Source: Klebsormidium nitens
Lineage: Eukaryota > Plantae > Klebsormidiophyceae
Length of the DNA: 64,000 nt
Assembly (NCBI GenBank): GCA_000708835.1
Contig: DF237081.1
Span: 62,001-126,000 of the forward strand
Reading direction: 5' to 3'
Position 1 is the stretch's first letter. The number at the start of each line of letters is the position of its first letter. The notes below the pieces were generated by a model, which was given only the letters and a program-made list of their open reading frames with translations, did not search any database and was not told where the DNA came from. Positions 12,259 to 25,077 of the stretch are shown piece by piece. A program made the translations under genes and the position numbers.

Positions 12259-15200
12259 ATGGTTGTCAAAAGAGCGCAGGTCCCTTTGGTCTGCCATGGC
12301 CATTCCAGGCCTATTGTGGATCTCTCATACAGCCCGGTCACTGATGATGGTTTCTTCCTTATGAGCGCGAGCAAAGGTGAGGCTCGCTTCAGATGAATGC
12401 AACGAAATATGACAATGTTTGCATGAGGCACAGCTGGAGCATGCACATGTCTAGGTGAAGGTTTGCTTACCTTGTGGGGAGAGGCCCGTGCTTGACTTCT
12501 TGTGGATCCATGCACGTCTGTTGAGCAAAGAAGATGAATGATTAATTGTGAAGCTCTTGGTAATGGTGTCTGTGAGGGATGCGATGGTTGTGGGACGACT
12601 TCCGGAATGATCAAGTTTCTGTTTAGGGTTCTGTAGGTTATGTCATGTTTCAAGTGGCTCAATGGGGTTGTATGAAGCACTTGGTGAGAGAGATATTTGT
12701 CTTACCGATTTTGACAATTTGGTGCAGATGGCAAGCCAATGCTGCGTAATGGAGAGACTGGCGATTGGATTGGAACTTTTGAAGGCCACAAAGGAGCAGT
12801 CTGGGGAGCTTGTCTTGACCCGTCTGCAACAATAGCCGCAACGGCATCAGCAGATTTCAGCGCGTAAGTGATAGCTAGTGTAGGCTCCATGCAACTTTTT
12901 GTTGACCTCTTGTGTCGATCAGCACAAGACAGCTCCAAACACTGCTTCAAGCGAGCTGCTTTTGCAATCCGAGAACAGGCATCGTACCTAAAATCAGGAG
13001 GCATAATTTGAAATATCAAGGATGCTGTGCCTTTTTTGCATCACAGGAGATGATGAACAGCACAAGATCAGTGCCTACTAGGAAGAAGCTGCTGCAGCAT
13101 GGTCTAGCAGCTCAATAGTCACGTGACTGGATTACCTTGTAACATGGGATCTTGTGTGCAGGCGTGTGTGGGACGCGCTAAGTGGCGAGCTAATGCACTC
13201 GTTTGACCACAAGCACATTGTGAGGAGCGTCGATTTTGCCAAGGCAAGTAAATGCTTTCTCTAGCAGCTTCACGACACCCCTTTTCAGATGCGTATGTGT
13301 AGCATCTGTGCGTTCATATCTTGTTAAGCAAATGGGCCCCTAGAGATGGTCTTCTATCTTTAGCAGTTTCCTCTTTTGAGGGACCTCAGCTCAGAAGAGG
13401 ACTTCCAACTCTGGACACGTACGGACTTGCAGACTTGAAAGGAGGTTTGTTTGGAGTGGATAGATTGACCGGTAAGTCGATCTTTGTTTGTTGTCTTGCA
13501 GAGCGGGAAGAAGATTGTGACAGGGGGCGCTGAAAAGCTGATCCGCATCTTTGATCTTGAGAGACCAGACGCAGACCCGGTGATCATTGGAGGAGCTCCA
13601 GCGACTGTTCGCATCAGCTTGTTCCATGAGAATGACAGCACTATTTTGGCCGCCTTTAATGACAACACGGGAGTAAGGTGCGCTTACGGCAACTCTATGC
13701 TCGGAACGCGTGATCAATAAGTCTGTTAGACATAGGACTACACATCATCAACTTCACCGAATCTCTCAGGTTTGCTCTTTGCTGCTCTTGGGGAGTTGGT
13801 TCATGAGTGGCAATGGCGTCAGTTTGCCCATGTGACTGGGGTGTAGCGAAATTCACCCGTGAGTTTACCCCACTTGTTCAGACCTCTCGACTCTGGCCGT
13901 GTTAAAGATGTTGTCTTCCGAAAGGGTTCCGGAAATGTCCGCCGCCCGTAGTCCGCTCCTCTGGAGTACTTATAAATCCTTAATCACATGCCGTACAATC
14001 ACCTTCTTTGATGGGTTGGAAGAGAGTCCAAGAATCTATTTTCCATCCTGTGTTCTACGTTAGCTGTTCAACTTCAATCCTTATTTTCATACGTTGCTCC
14101 TCCCGAAATTGCCCTCCTTGGTAGCCTCCGATTTGCTGCAGAACAAGCTTGGACCTGATTATCCTTTTTGAATTCGCTCTTCCCATTGCCTTGTCCTCTC
14201 TCGTTTGGGGAGGACAGCCCAGGTTCAAATCCAATTTTGCTTCCAGAAAGTGCTTCTCCATTTGAGTTGTCGTGCTCGGTCTCAATAAGATCAGCTTTCC
14301 GATGCCAGAATCATCAGAGGATCGAAAGAAGTCAAAACACCCTTGGTTTACATACCTATCGTTGCCAGTTACGGAGCAATCCCTCTTACCTGTGGCCCTC
14401 TTTCTCACCCCGCTGAAACCCCGTTCAAATCCTTCCTCGGTTGTCCAGTCTGGTGTGTTACTTGCACTTGTCGCTCGTAAAACATGCACCTCCCTCTTCT
14501 TGCCAATGGAGCATTTGAGGTATGGATGCTCTCCCTTTTGTTGCTCTGTTCCCATTGAAGCCCGTTCTCACCCGTCCGTACCTAGGCTGTACGATATCCG
14601 GACGGGCCAGCCAGTCCGCAACCTGGAGACCAAGTGCCCGACAACCAGCGTGGAGATCTCCCGCGACGGCCAGTTCATCACGACCGCGGACGGCAAGGAC
14701 GTCAAGATCTGGGACGCGCACAAGTTCTCTCTCGTCAAAAGCCACACCCTCCAGCACGCCGCCGAGTCCGCGACCCTCTTCCCCTCCATCAAGCGGTTCG
14801 TTGCAGCCGGCAACGACATGTGGGTGCGCCTCTTCGACTCAGAGACGGGGGAGGAACTAGGTGAGAGGGAGAAAGAGGGCTGGTCATTCCTGTTCCGAAG
14901 TGGTCTGCATTGGTTGACACGGACATGAAAGAAGGATTTGAGCCTCTCTCTGCGAAGAGTGTACGAGACAGGTTGCTCACGGATGGGTCCTCGTCGTCGA
15001 CTTAGAGGACGGAGAGAACTCAGATGAGCGAGCAATTGGGGCGTCTTCAAGTTGTCGGTCTTGGTCTGTTGGTCGGAAGCCTTCTCGAAACACGCGAGCG
15101 ATATTTGGAGGAGACTGGCCGTTCTAACTGTGCTGCTTTGTTGTCTGTCATTTGACGAGAAAGATCCTTGATGACCTTATGTTTCAATTTTGGTTTGGCG

Positions 15201-15860
15201 ACTCATTGCTTGTCAAGAAGCTAGATCCTCTGCGTACGCTTCTCGTAATCATTGATTGTATTGGTAGACAGAGTCCAAGCCCGTGCCTGTTTCATTCAGC
15301 GCGGGTTTAGCAACAACTTTCTCGATGAAGACATCGAGTTTTCCAGTTTTGCGGTTTGCTATTTTGCCCAGATTATTTTGCGTCCAAGCGTTGCCTTAAG
15401 CGCAGTATGCACAGAAGACAAGAGGGGGACCGTCCGGGTCCTCCAATCGTACTGCAACATCTTTTCTTTGAGCATTTCCGCTTTAACAAGGCCTTTTGGA
15501 GCATACTCTATGGTCAACGGAAAGTATGTGCTGAGCTGAACCCACGTCATTGATGCAGAATGCAACAAGGGCCATCACGGGCCAGTTCACTGCGTGCGCT
15601 TCGCGCCAGGCGGAGAGTCTTACGCTTCGGGGTCCGAGGACGGCACCATTCGGATCTGGAAGACAGTCGTCGGCAACGGGAACGATGGGGATGCTGGAGA
15701 GGGGAGCTCTAAGCAGGAGGCCGCGGAGGACAACGGGGTAGAAAAGTCGCAAGCAGAGGAGTTTCCGGTGTTAGGGGGCGCAGTAAAAGCTGTAGGAAAT
15801 GTTGTGCAAAGTATTACGCAGAAGGTAGCTGGTCTGAAAGTGAACGGTGACAAGACATGA
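12259..15860 (+). CDS. STRAP: Serine-threonine kinase receptor-associated protein (STRAP/UNRIP), WD40 repeat
   Basis: [29 protein letters not shown]|[26 protein letters not shown]...DMWVRLFD...[30 protein letters not shown]; phases consistent; GC donor at 13244. Confidence 0.93.
14810..15030 (+). repeat. Degenerate copy of a STRAP exon 3' end plus donor in the downstream intron
   Basis: Real gtgggtgcgcctcttcgactcagagacgggggaggaactaggtgagag versus copy atgggtcctcgtcgtcgacttagaggacggagagaactcagatgagcg at ~14980-15030. Confidence 0.6.
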
Positions 15861-16906
15861 TGTCTCATTTGTGGATGCAGATTGTTCCTTGTATCGAAGC
15901 TTGCCATATGGACATTGTCAAGGTGCCGAGGTGATCACTGTCTAGCATGATTTTGGCATTTGACGGTGTGATCGTTGAGATGTATAAAGAGGACAGCGCC
16001 TGCAGCCACATGCATCCTTGGTACATGGATCCACCTAATTGGCCGCTGCGCTGCATGGGGCCAGCCGCGCACTGAAGTCACGCACGTGGGCGATCAGCTA
16101 TATGCAGCATGCATCATTGCCAATAGTAATCTTAAATGACCGCACTGAGTACATATATACAGCTACATTGAGGCCTAGGGCTACACTCGACAACATGCCG
16201 CGCAGGATCCGGCGTGGGCGCCGCCTCGTAACCTTCATCGACTCGATCTTTGCAACATGCGAGGTGATCTCCAGAGCTCAACTTACTGCCAGCATGTTGA
16301 AGGGGTTTAAAGTAACATATATCGATCAGTGGCGTGTTGTGCAATGCATGCCGCACTAAGGCTTATCGCATAACGGGTACGTCGATCGTACCAGAACATG
16401 AGGCTCACTCTCATCCTCTTGATTGAATCCGGTCGGAAGGAGTCAACAACTCTTGTTTCGAGACTGCAGTATGTATGATTGACAACGAATTTCACGAAGG
16501 AGAACAAGGCTCTTCGGAGATACTTGACACTGCCAGCATTTGAACTTAGATATGAGTATGTCCTATCTACCTATTGCCTTCGATTCGTCTGGCATTGTTG
16601 TTGCATGCCATGCATGATGCCGTGTCCCTGTCAAAACAAGTCCTCCCCTATACTGAAGCACAAGACATGTTGCAGTTCTGAAGAAGTTCTTGCGATACCC
16701 TGACCTTATTTCAACCTTACAAACAAACCTTAACTATAGAAGCCCCGGCTCCACTGAAGTGCACATTACCTCATCCATGATGATCCAGTTCCAATGTCGG
16801 CTGATCAGACCGTTTAGCCGTTGATAACGTGGTTCTCCCCAAAGACAGCGACACTCCGCAAACCCCAGGCCTGCGGCTGTTCCAAGTATCAACTTCGCTC
16901 TTCCCT

Positions 16907-19900
16907 TATTTCCTTTTCCGCGTGTCCGTATCCAATCGAAGAACTTTTGAGTCCTTTTGGGGGATTTTTGAATCCTTTGACGACGACTTCGGAGCGGCTG
17001 ACGCCTCAACCGCTGGTGTCGTAGTCTCCGCCTCGGGGGATCCCTCAACCTCCTCAGCCGCCGGCTCTGGGGGCTTGAACATGGCCGCGAGCCTGCAGAG
17101 TACATGAAATTAACAGGGCCTCAAAAGCTGAACGAACGCAAGCGAGTCTTCCACCCCGTCTGGCTCCTTGATGTCAGGCTCACGGGGCTCAGATCGTCTC
17201 CACTGTCGATTGACTGAGAGCGCCTTGAGCCGGCTACAATTGAAAACCCTCTCAATCGCAAGAGGTAATCTTTTTCTGGACTGCCCAGCCTTGCTTGCAC
17301 GGAAACAAGTTGCGTGGTGCCACAACAGGCGGCCAATGTCAAGAAAGCATTGCGGAGAAAAGAACGGACTTTTCCACAGTATGCTGATTCGCTAAGAGCA
17401 ACCCCGTGCACTTTGCTCTCCAAAGTCTGCGTTCATTCAGACCCGTTCCTCTCAATGGAAAGCAGAAACCGACTGAGCTGCCAATCGTTTGAAATGGCTG
17501 CTGCAGCCGTGAGGTTCAACGAGCGGACGTTCATACGCAGAAAGCTGACGAGATGTTGCGCTCGGGATAGATTTTCAGTTCGCTTTGATGACAAGCATTC
17601 GCACCAGTTCAGAGAGGCCGCCAACATGCCACTTGGTTTGGGGGACGGGGTTTCAGGCACAAGGAAAGTGCGAAGTCAAACGGTTTGCTCTGCTAAGAAT
17701 ATTGAACAATATAACATGCAGCACGAAACTTAAAGATTCGATCTCAAGAAAGCTTGAGAAAACCTTCGCAAACAAAAAGGTCAGTGAAACGAGATATGAG
17801 AACAGAAGGGACGACAGAACGAAAGTGCAAACGGATACCAGTCCACTCACGGATTGCTCTCGTCCTTGAAAGGCCGCTTCGTTTCCTTCTTTCCAAACAA
17901 GTAGATCTTCGCAAGTGCGTGATCTGTTAGGTTCACTGGTCCCATAACTGCAAAGGAAAGGCGGAAGTCAAGCATTTGCTGAACCTTTCTATGGAAAAAA
18001 ACGTGTCTCCAAGCCAAACGGCTTCTGGGACAGATCTAAGATGCTCAATTTCGATTGCACTGTCAAAAGCCCCTGCTCAAGATCTAGAGTATTGAAAATG
18101 CTATCGTGCAAAAATGAGGCAATAGCTTACAAAGCACATACAGGCCAGAATGGAAAATCACAGAAGGAAGTAGAGGGCTAGGGTAAAGCAAGGTTTACAG
18201 CACATACTTTGGACACTGCTGCGTGACACTGGGGAGTCTGACAGTATTTCACAATCGAAGTATGTGAACTTTTTCCGGAAGTTGCTCACGAAGTTTGATT
18301 GCTGCTGCTAAGATCAGACTTAGAGAGCGCACCTGCTTGTAGGATTAGAGCGGGAACAACATTCCACTTGTAGTGAATGAAGACAGTCATCCCCACCCCC
18401 TGCAACAGACATAAATCTTCTCTTTTGAGTTGTTGATGCTTCATTTACTTGACTCTAGACTAGCTAAGGATTCCGCAGCCAGTAGATTCGAAAAGTGCAG
18501 TTTTGTCAGCGACTATCAAGCTTGTTCATTTCCAGTCCTGCAAGTTGCTTCAAATTGGTCGCTGCTTGGAGAACTGATAGACCGGTTTCTCGCGGTTTAT
18601 GGTCTGAATCCAAATTGGCATTAGCTGCTGCATATCACCAAATGGACATCCAATTAACATATGAGAACGAGGACAAACATATCTTGTTGCTAGGAAACAA
18701 CGATGAGTTGGAGTTTGAAAAAGACTGTGGGGATAACTTGAGCGTTGTGAAAAAGACTGCGAGCCGCTTTTGTCAGGACAAGCCCTCTCGAAGCCACGCC
18801 GCTCCTCAGATTGCTCCCATCATACAAGCATGATATGAGCAACTTCAGCAGAAACAACACGTGCGAGTACAAAGCAACCTTGATCACCGGGACTGTCCAA
18901 CAGAGCAGGATATTTCTCCTTTGTAAGCAGAGCTTGATCAAGAGCCCCATGTCTATCACGCAGATTGCTTTGGTTTCGGGGTCCCAACTTGTCTCCCCTC
19001 CTTCACATCTGAGCGAGGGCAGCTGTTGACACCATAGTTGGACAAAAACAATCCTTTGATTGTTCAGACCATTGATGCTGCTGATTGGAAAATCTGGCGC
19101 TGCGCTCTTTCTGCCGCAAGAAGCGGCTAGAGTCTTATGCTTGCTGAAAGGTGGGAAGATGGAGAATTGGAAAGGGTGCAACTAGCTCTGCAAAAATTCT
19201 CCTCGAAAAGAAAGTGAAGTCCGCTTACCATCAAGAACTGGATCGCCAGCTTTTGAAGCTCCTTCTGATCGTAGGCCGCGTAAGTTAGGACCGTCTCGAT
19301 TTCTTGGCTGCAAATGTTTGAGCATGATCAGGATAATTGATGATTGCCGTGTGCTAAACAAATGAGCGGTCCTGACTAAAAATTCCCACAACTTCATAAG
19401 AACCCTACAACTTGAAGTGCGGTTGAGTTGAATATCTCAACCACCGTCGATGAATTATTCCCAACTGAGTGGTGTCTTCTGCCGGGGCCTTGATAGATGC
19501 TCAAATGAAAGTGTCGACTATGATCTACACGGGATACCATCAAAGTCGTTTCACCGACTAAAGAGACCTTCTCCCCTCAACTGTACCACCATCAATTGGC
19601 AGCATTCAAAATTGAGGCCAAGTGTCGCGTCACAGGCTTGCTTTTGTTACTATGGTTCCTTCGTGCAACTTAGATCTCCAGATGTGCTGGAGTTGAGGAT
19701 GCAATCAAAACCACACCTAGCAATTGCAAGATCTGATTACCGCAACAGATCTTAGATCACGTGAATGCCCCTGGGCCATAAGCAGCCAAACGCGAACTCC
19801 TGAAACTTGCAGTCCAACGTAAACCCCTGAGACTTGCATGCACAGAAACCTCCTGCCAGTATTTGCCAACAGAAACACCCCGATTGTACTCACCCTGAGA

Positions 19901-20132
19901 CGTTCTTCTCCTTCACCTTTAGCTTCTTCTGCATGTCGCCCGTCGTGCTCAGTTTATAGGCAATCGCAAGGTACGCTAAAAATACGGCAACTACAGAAAC
20001 ACCGTACACTCCTCGTATAACGAGAAGGTTTTCTGGCGCGGCGAAATCAACCTTCATCGCCTTGAGGCCCATTATAAGAGCGGGCGCAAGGAACATCTTG
20101 ACGCTGGGCGCCATAACTGCGATGGTGGTCAA
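16907..20132 (-). CDS. PHO88: PHO88/SND3 family ER membrane protein, 5 exons
   Basis: VDFAAPENLLVIRGVYG..; TYAAYDQKELQKLAIQFLM; GVGMTVFIHYKWNVVPALILQA; VMGPVNLTDHALAKIYLFGKKETKRPFK; K-rich C-terminus. Matches Pho88 motifs (YDxxE, HxKW, KIxLFG, KRPFK). Start may be 20114. Confidence 0.82.
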
Positions 20133-20728
20133 CCCTCAAAGGAATCTACGCACGCGCTTTGCCTATCAATGAGCTGGTTAAAAGTTGGAAAACCTGGACA
20201 TCATGCGAGTTGAAGTGAATGTGCAGGCAAGGCTTTCTTTTGTTGCCTAGAGGTGTACTGCAGACAGTGCAGTCTGCAATCGCGAAGAAAGGGATCAACT
20301 GCTGACCTCTTATATGATCCAAAAGTGCCTCGTAGATTCAGCTCCTCATATTACCCCCGAGCCAAAATATATAATACAAATATTTTGCATTTTGTGAGTT
20401 TCTGTTCAGCGAGCACATTCATGCCTGACACCGGTTTTAGGTAGTTACAGTTAATAAGGCTCTCTTTTTTGCGCATAAGTGAGGCAACTGCTTTAGCGGC
20501 TATTGCGCTCGCATTCGGATTTTTGCACCTTCCTGCGAAGTCATCATAAGCAAGCCATCGTATTGCATCCCTGCATGAGGCTGTGGCTTCCTCGAGTCCA
20601 GGCCATCTCCCTCTGCTTCTGAACACCACTCTCTCTACGATTCTTCAATTTCTTGAGCCAATCTGCTAAAGAACAGCTGTTGATCCGCCTTGGCTGTCCT
20701 ACCGGCGCAACTACGAGCTGCTGCGAAG

Positions 20729-23700
20729 ATGCATCTTAAAGGGAGCTGCCACTGCGGTGAAGTGCAGTTTGAGCTGGATTCCAAGCATCCCTACCCATAT
20801 CAGGCAAGACTTTCTCACTCTGTGCTGCAGTCCTCAAGTAATGATCAACATGTGCTGAAGCACTCACTGTGAGGGTTTCTTTCATGTTGCTCCGATCGGT
20901 TCTGGTCAAGTTCAATGCACCCTCTGCCGACAGCCTCCTCAAAGTTTCTTCAGCTCTGAACTTCATAGCAAGACCACTGCACAAGAGTGGCATGACCAAG
21001 CAACATGTAATGGAGCGGCAGAGCTCCATTTGGGCTCACTATGTCTTCTACGCCCCAACCTTTCCGCTGAAGTCATTCCTCTTTTGTCTGTGCAGCACTG
21101 TTACTGTTCAATCTGCAGGTGAGGATGTGGGGCAGAAGTGTGGGATAGACTTCAGAGGAGGGGGGGAGGGGGGAGGCGAAGGGAAAGGGGGTGGGAGAAG
21201 GGCGGGTTGGTGCAAGAGTCTGGTTTGATCAAGTGCCTTTAGGAAATGACGTATTGTGGCCTCGCTTTCAATTGATTGCGATCAGTTTGGGCCACGGTTG
21301 CTATTATTGCAGAAGTTCATCCGCGACCATGCCTGCCGGAAACTTCGCTTGGATTGTGTATCCTTCTGGGAGTGCACGCGTTTCCTTAGTGTAATAGCTA
21401 GGCGGAAAGGTACCTAGCGGTTCTGCTTCAGGATCCAAGCTGCAGAAGTTGACGCTCTGGACATACCCTTCTGATCATAAAGAGCAGCGGTAAAATCATA
21501 CATTGGCCATCCTTCCTACTGGAGGAAAATGCAGTGTCAGACTTAATTGGTAAGAAAAGTTTGAACAACCGTGCAACTACGTTCCGTACATGCGTTCAAC
21601 TCCTTAGGCTTTGATTCCTCCACAAGTATTGAGGGTCGCGTGATTGCCCTTTCCAAGCTGTGCAAAACTTTACAAAATGGATCCCTTGACATGTACGCTT
21701 TCATGCAGGAGTTTCTCTTACCTTGTTTCGTGTAAAGATACATGTGTTGCTCCTCGTCAACTCTTCTTTTTACGCCTTCAGAAAAGTTGGCGGCGCTGGG
21801 TCTGCCGTAAACCTAGGTGGCGACGCCAAGACGCTGAAAGTCACCAGCGGGGAAGACAAGATTACGATTTACAATGCCAAGATTCGAGATGAAGAGGCCA
21901 AAGTGGTGAAAGTGAGCGAGGCACAAAGAAGGTAAGGCGCACTGATGACAAGCGAGGTTGTTGTTCAGTACAGCAAGACCGCTAGCATCCATCACCTGGT
22001 CCTTATTTGCAGTACATAGAGTTTGAGTAGATAGATCTAGCAGTCAGCTCGGGCGAAGACCTTGACAACACACTCACTGAGTTCGTGTATGGAGCTACGA
22101 TTTCGGGGACGTTTTTCTCTAGCTCCTGTCTGGTGGCCCCTGAACCAACCCCTGGTGTTACTAACCGCCCGTGTTTTCTCTTAACCAGGTTCTGCAGGGT
22201 TTGCGGGAGCGCGCTCTGGTTGGACGAACCCTCTTCAAAGCTGAAGTATCACATCCGCAAGCTTCTCCTCTGCTTTCTTCCAATCACCCTCTGAATTTTC
22301 CTGAACCAACCTCCGTCTTCCTGAAACCAGATTCTGCAAGATTTGCGGGAGCGCGCTCTGGTTGGACGACCCCCGGTGGCCGGAGCTGGTGCACCCATTC
22401 GCAACCGCAATCGACACCCCCTTGCCAAAGGCCCCCGAGAAGACGCACATCATGCTCGGGTCCATAGCCCCATGGATCGACCTCGACCATACTGCTTATA
22501 ACGTGAGCCGTTCATATCGAAGATTTCGTCCCCTACAGTTTTTTTCTTTCTACAGTATCATGTTGAGTGTCCAAGTGTGTGGATCAACTCAGACCACGCT
22601 GCGTACGACGTGAGCCATTCATATCGAACTTTTCGTCCACTTTAGTTCGTTTGCTTTCTTTAGTATGTTCTTGACTTGTAGTATGTTCTTGACATCCCAA
22701 GCCTCGTGTATCGACCTGGACCACACGACGTAGGACGTCAGCCGCTATATGACAAATTTCGTCCTACTCTAGTTTGTTTGCTTGTGCGCACATCATGTTG
22801 GGGTCCAAAGCCCCGTGGATCGACCCAGACCACACCGCATATTATGTTTGAAACGAGCACCCTATTTCACTTCCTTATGACGCACATCATGCTTAGATTG
22901 AAAGCCTCGTCAAGCGATTTAGATCATGCGCGTAAAGCGGAAGCTGTCGTATGAAAATTTACTCCTTTGACGAGTGAAACGTTCGTCTGACATTTCGCAT
23001 TATTTCGTTTGCTCATTGTCGGCCCGCTTTAGATTCAAGCCTCGAAAACCAGTGGATTCTGTTGTGTCCATCCTCTTCGCACTTCCAGTACGGTTTTCAC
23101 CGTTTGCTAACGCACAAACTCGAATCACGGGGGTTCACCGAGTACATGTTCAAGGTCGAAAGCAATCCATACATCGTCAGCCCAGGTTTGTGTTGAATCG
23201 GTGCCAGCCGGTTCTAGTTGAGCGTGTCGGCCCACTTTATGATCCACATGTCAGCTCGTTCTCGTTAAGGTTCAGGTTCAATGGATGCAAGCGCAAGCCT
23301 GCTCTGATTGGCTTTGAGAGCAGACCCTCTCTACTTGGTTACGGAACTGTGCCGCACTGTTTTCTTCCATATACCGGCGAATCTACTTCCTTTGCACAGT
23401 CAGCCAGGGGAATCCTCCGTAGTTGCAAGCATGCAGTTGGCGTGCACACAGATCGTGACGGAACCTGTTTTAAAGTTGGTCCCTTTTTGGCCGTCATAGG
23501 ATGTCGGTATGACTAACTTAGGCAAAATTTCATACTGATTCATACCGCTTCTACTTCAAGCTACAAATATACATGGAAGGAAGCCAAGTGTTTTGTTATA
23601 TATAACGGATCAATCTTTGATGCTTCTCTGAGATGATGAAATGGATCTTGAGTGCCTTGCACAGCCAGAGTACTAGCTGCGTGCAGGTTGCTTGGACTTG

Positions 23701-23835
23701 AAATACGGCGCTCCGCTTGTCGAGTCAGTTGCTTCAGACGCATTCTTGTCCTTGCAGGACCAAAAGTTCGACATCTATCCAGAGGAGAGTATCGCTCAAT
23801 GGCATCAACGCCTCACCCTGGAGGATCCTCAGTAG
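20729..23835 (+). CDS. GFA/CENP-V (DUF636) Zn-binding protein, 5 exons
   Basis: MHLKGSCHCGEV..YPYQ|HCYCSICR|KVGGAGSAVNLGGDA..|RFCKICGSALWLDDPRWPELVHPFATAID..|DQKFDIYPEESIAQWH; GC donor at 20804. Confidence 0.88.
22140..22950 (+). repeat. Echo copies on both sides of GFA exon 4
   Basis: Acceptor copy at 22140-22230 versus real 22301-22372; donor-side copies of ggatcgacctcgaccatactgcttataacgtgagcc at ~22580, ~22708, ~22815 and ~22880. Confidence 0.8.
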
Positions 23836-25077
23836 TCTGCCTTTTTTGGCAGGTGTTTCATGTTTGAAACGTCAAAGGTGTTTAGATATCTTACGCTTGA
23901 GACGCTGTTGTGCGAGCTGCTGTTTGAGAGCACAGACACGCAGCATTTTGGGCTACCTTTTAACAGCAAGCAGAAGTCAATCACTTTGAATTGAAAACGA
24001 CAGAACGAACTATCATCGTTTGGCATGCACGAGGTATGTGGCGATCTTGGCGCCGTTTCTAACTTTTGAAGATTAGGGAGGAGAATCGTAAAGCAAAGAT
24101 TAACGTGGCACACTGATGCTCCATGCAGTGATCGCTCCATCACTTGATCGCTTAGCCTGCCGACTCCACCCGGATCGAATAAACGTATATAAAGCGTAGA
24201 TGGACGGTGTACGAAAAAGATCGTTTGCTTACTAACGATCCATCTTTTATGGTTGACCACGCCACACGTTTGAGCTGTTGCGTTGAATATTTGCCATTCC
24301 GATCGTGAAAAGCAGCTGAGTGCGTTCGAAGGCAGGCGATGAGCTGGCCCCTGATCGAAGACGATCGTCACTTCAGTTGCATTGCAACTTTGAGTAAACT
24401 GGCGACAGTCCGATGCATGAAACTCAAAGAATGAAGGCCGCAGTGAATGATCGATATAAAGCTGTGAAGTATGCATGTGTCAATTTGTTGGACTCACGCG
24501 AACTAATCCGTAAGTTCGGGCCCCACATATTGCGGATTGAAAACCCATTGCCGCATGCTGCGCCACTAAACGTGTGCATTCAACTTGATATTTTGGGGTT
24601 TGAGCAGTCTCACGGCGCCGGGCCGTGCGGGCCTGGACGTGACCGCCTAGTGATCCTCATGGATCGAGTTCTCCAGAGTCCTCGAATGCATATGAAAAGA
24701 TCAGCGGAAAATGATTTTTAAAAAGCCTAATTTGCGGTCCTCTTTCTCCCCAGCTAGCTAGCCTATGTGAACATCTTGGCAGGGCGCATTCCGACCTGGC
24801 GTGACGTCGAATGCTCCAATCGGTTTAAGCCATGCCGCCGTATCTGCTAATTTCGTGCCCACCTACGTGGCTCTCGACAGTTATCCATCTACACGTGCCT
24901 TCAACTACCGAGTTAGATTCTATCCCTGAGTCTACCGTACGTTTGCCCCCAGTATTCTCTAGTCTACTTGCCTCCAAGCCTATTGCTTCTGCAAATTATC
25001 CATCTGTACGTATTCGTATCTATCTGACTGCCTCGGCCACACGACCTCGATCTCATCAACGGCCTCCAAGCACTTTT

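Noticed and set aside
23829-24476. 215-aa minus-strand ORF
   Set aside because: No recognisable motif or coding-like composition; it lies in 3' UTR/intergenic sequence.
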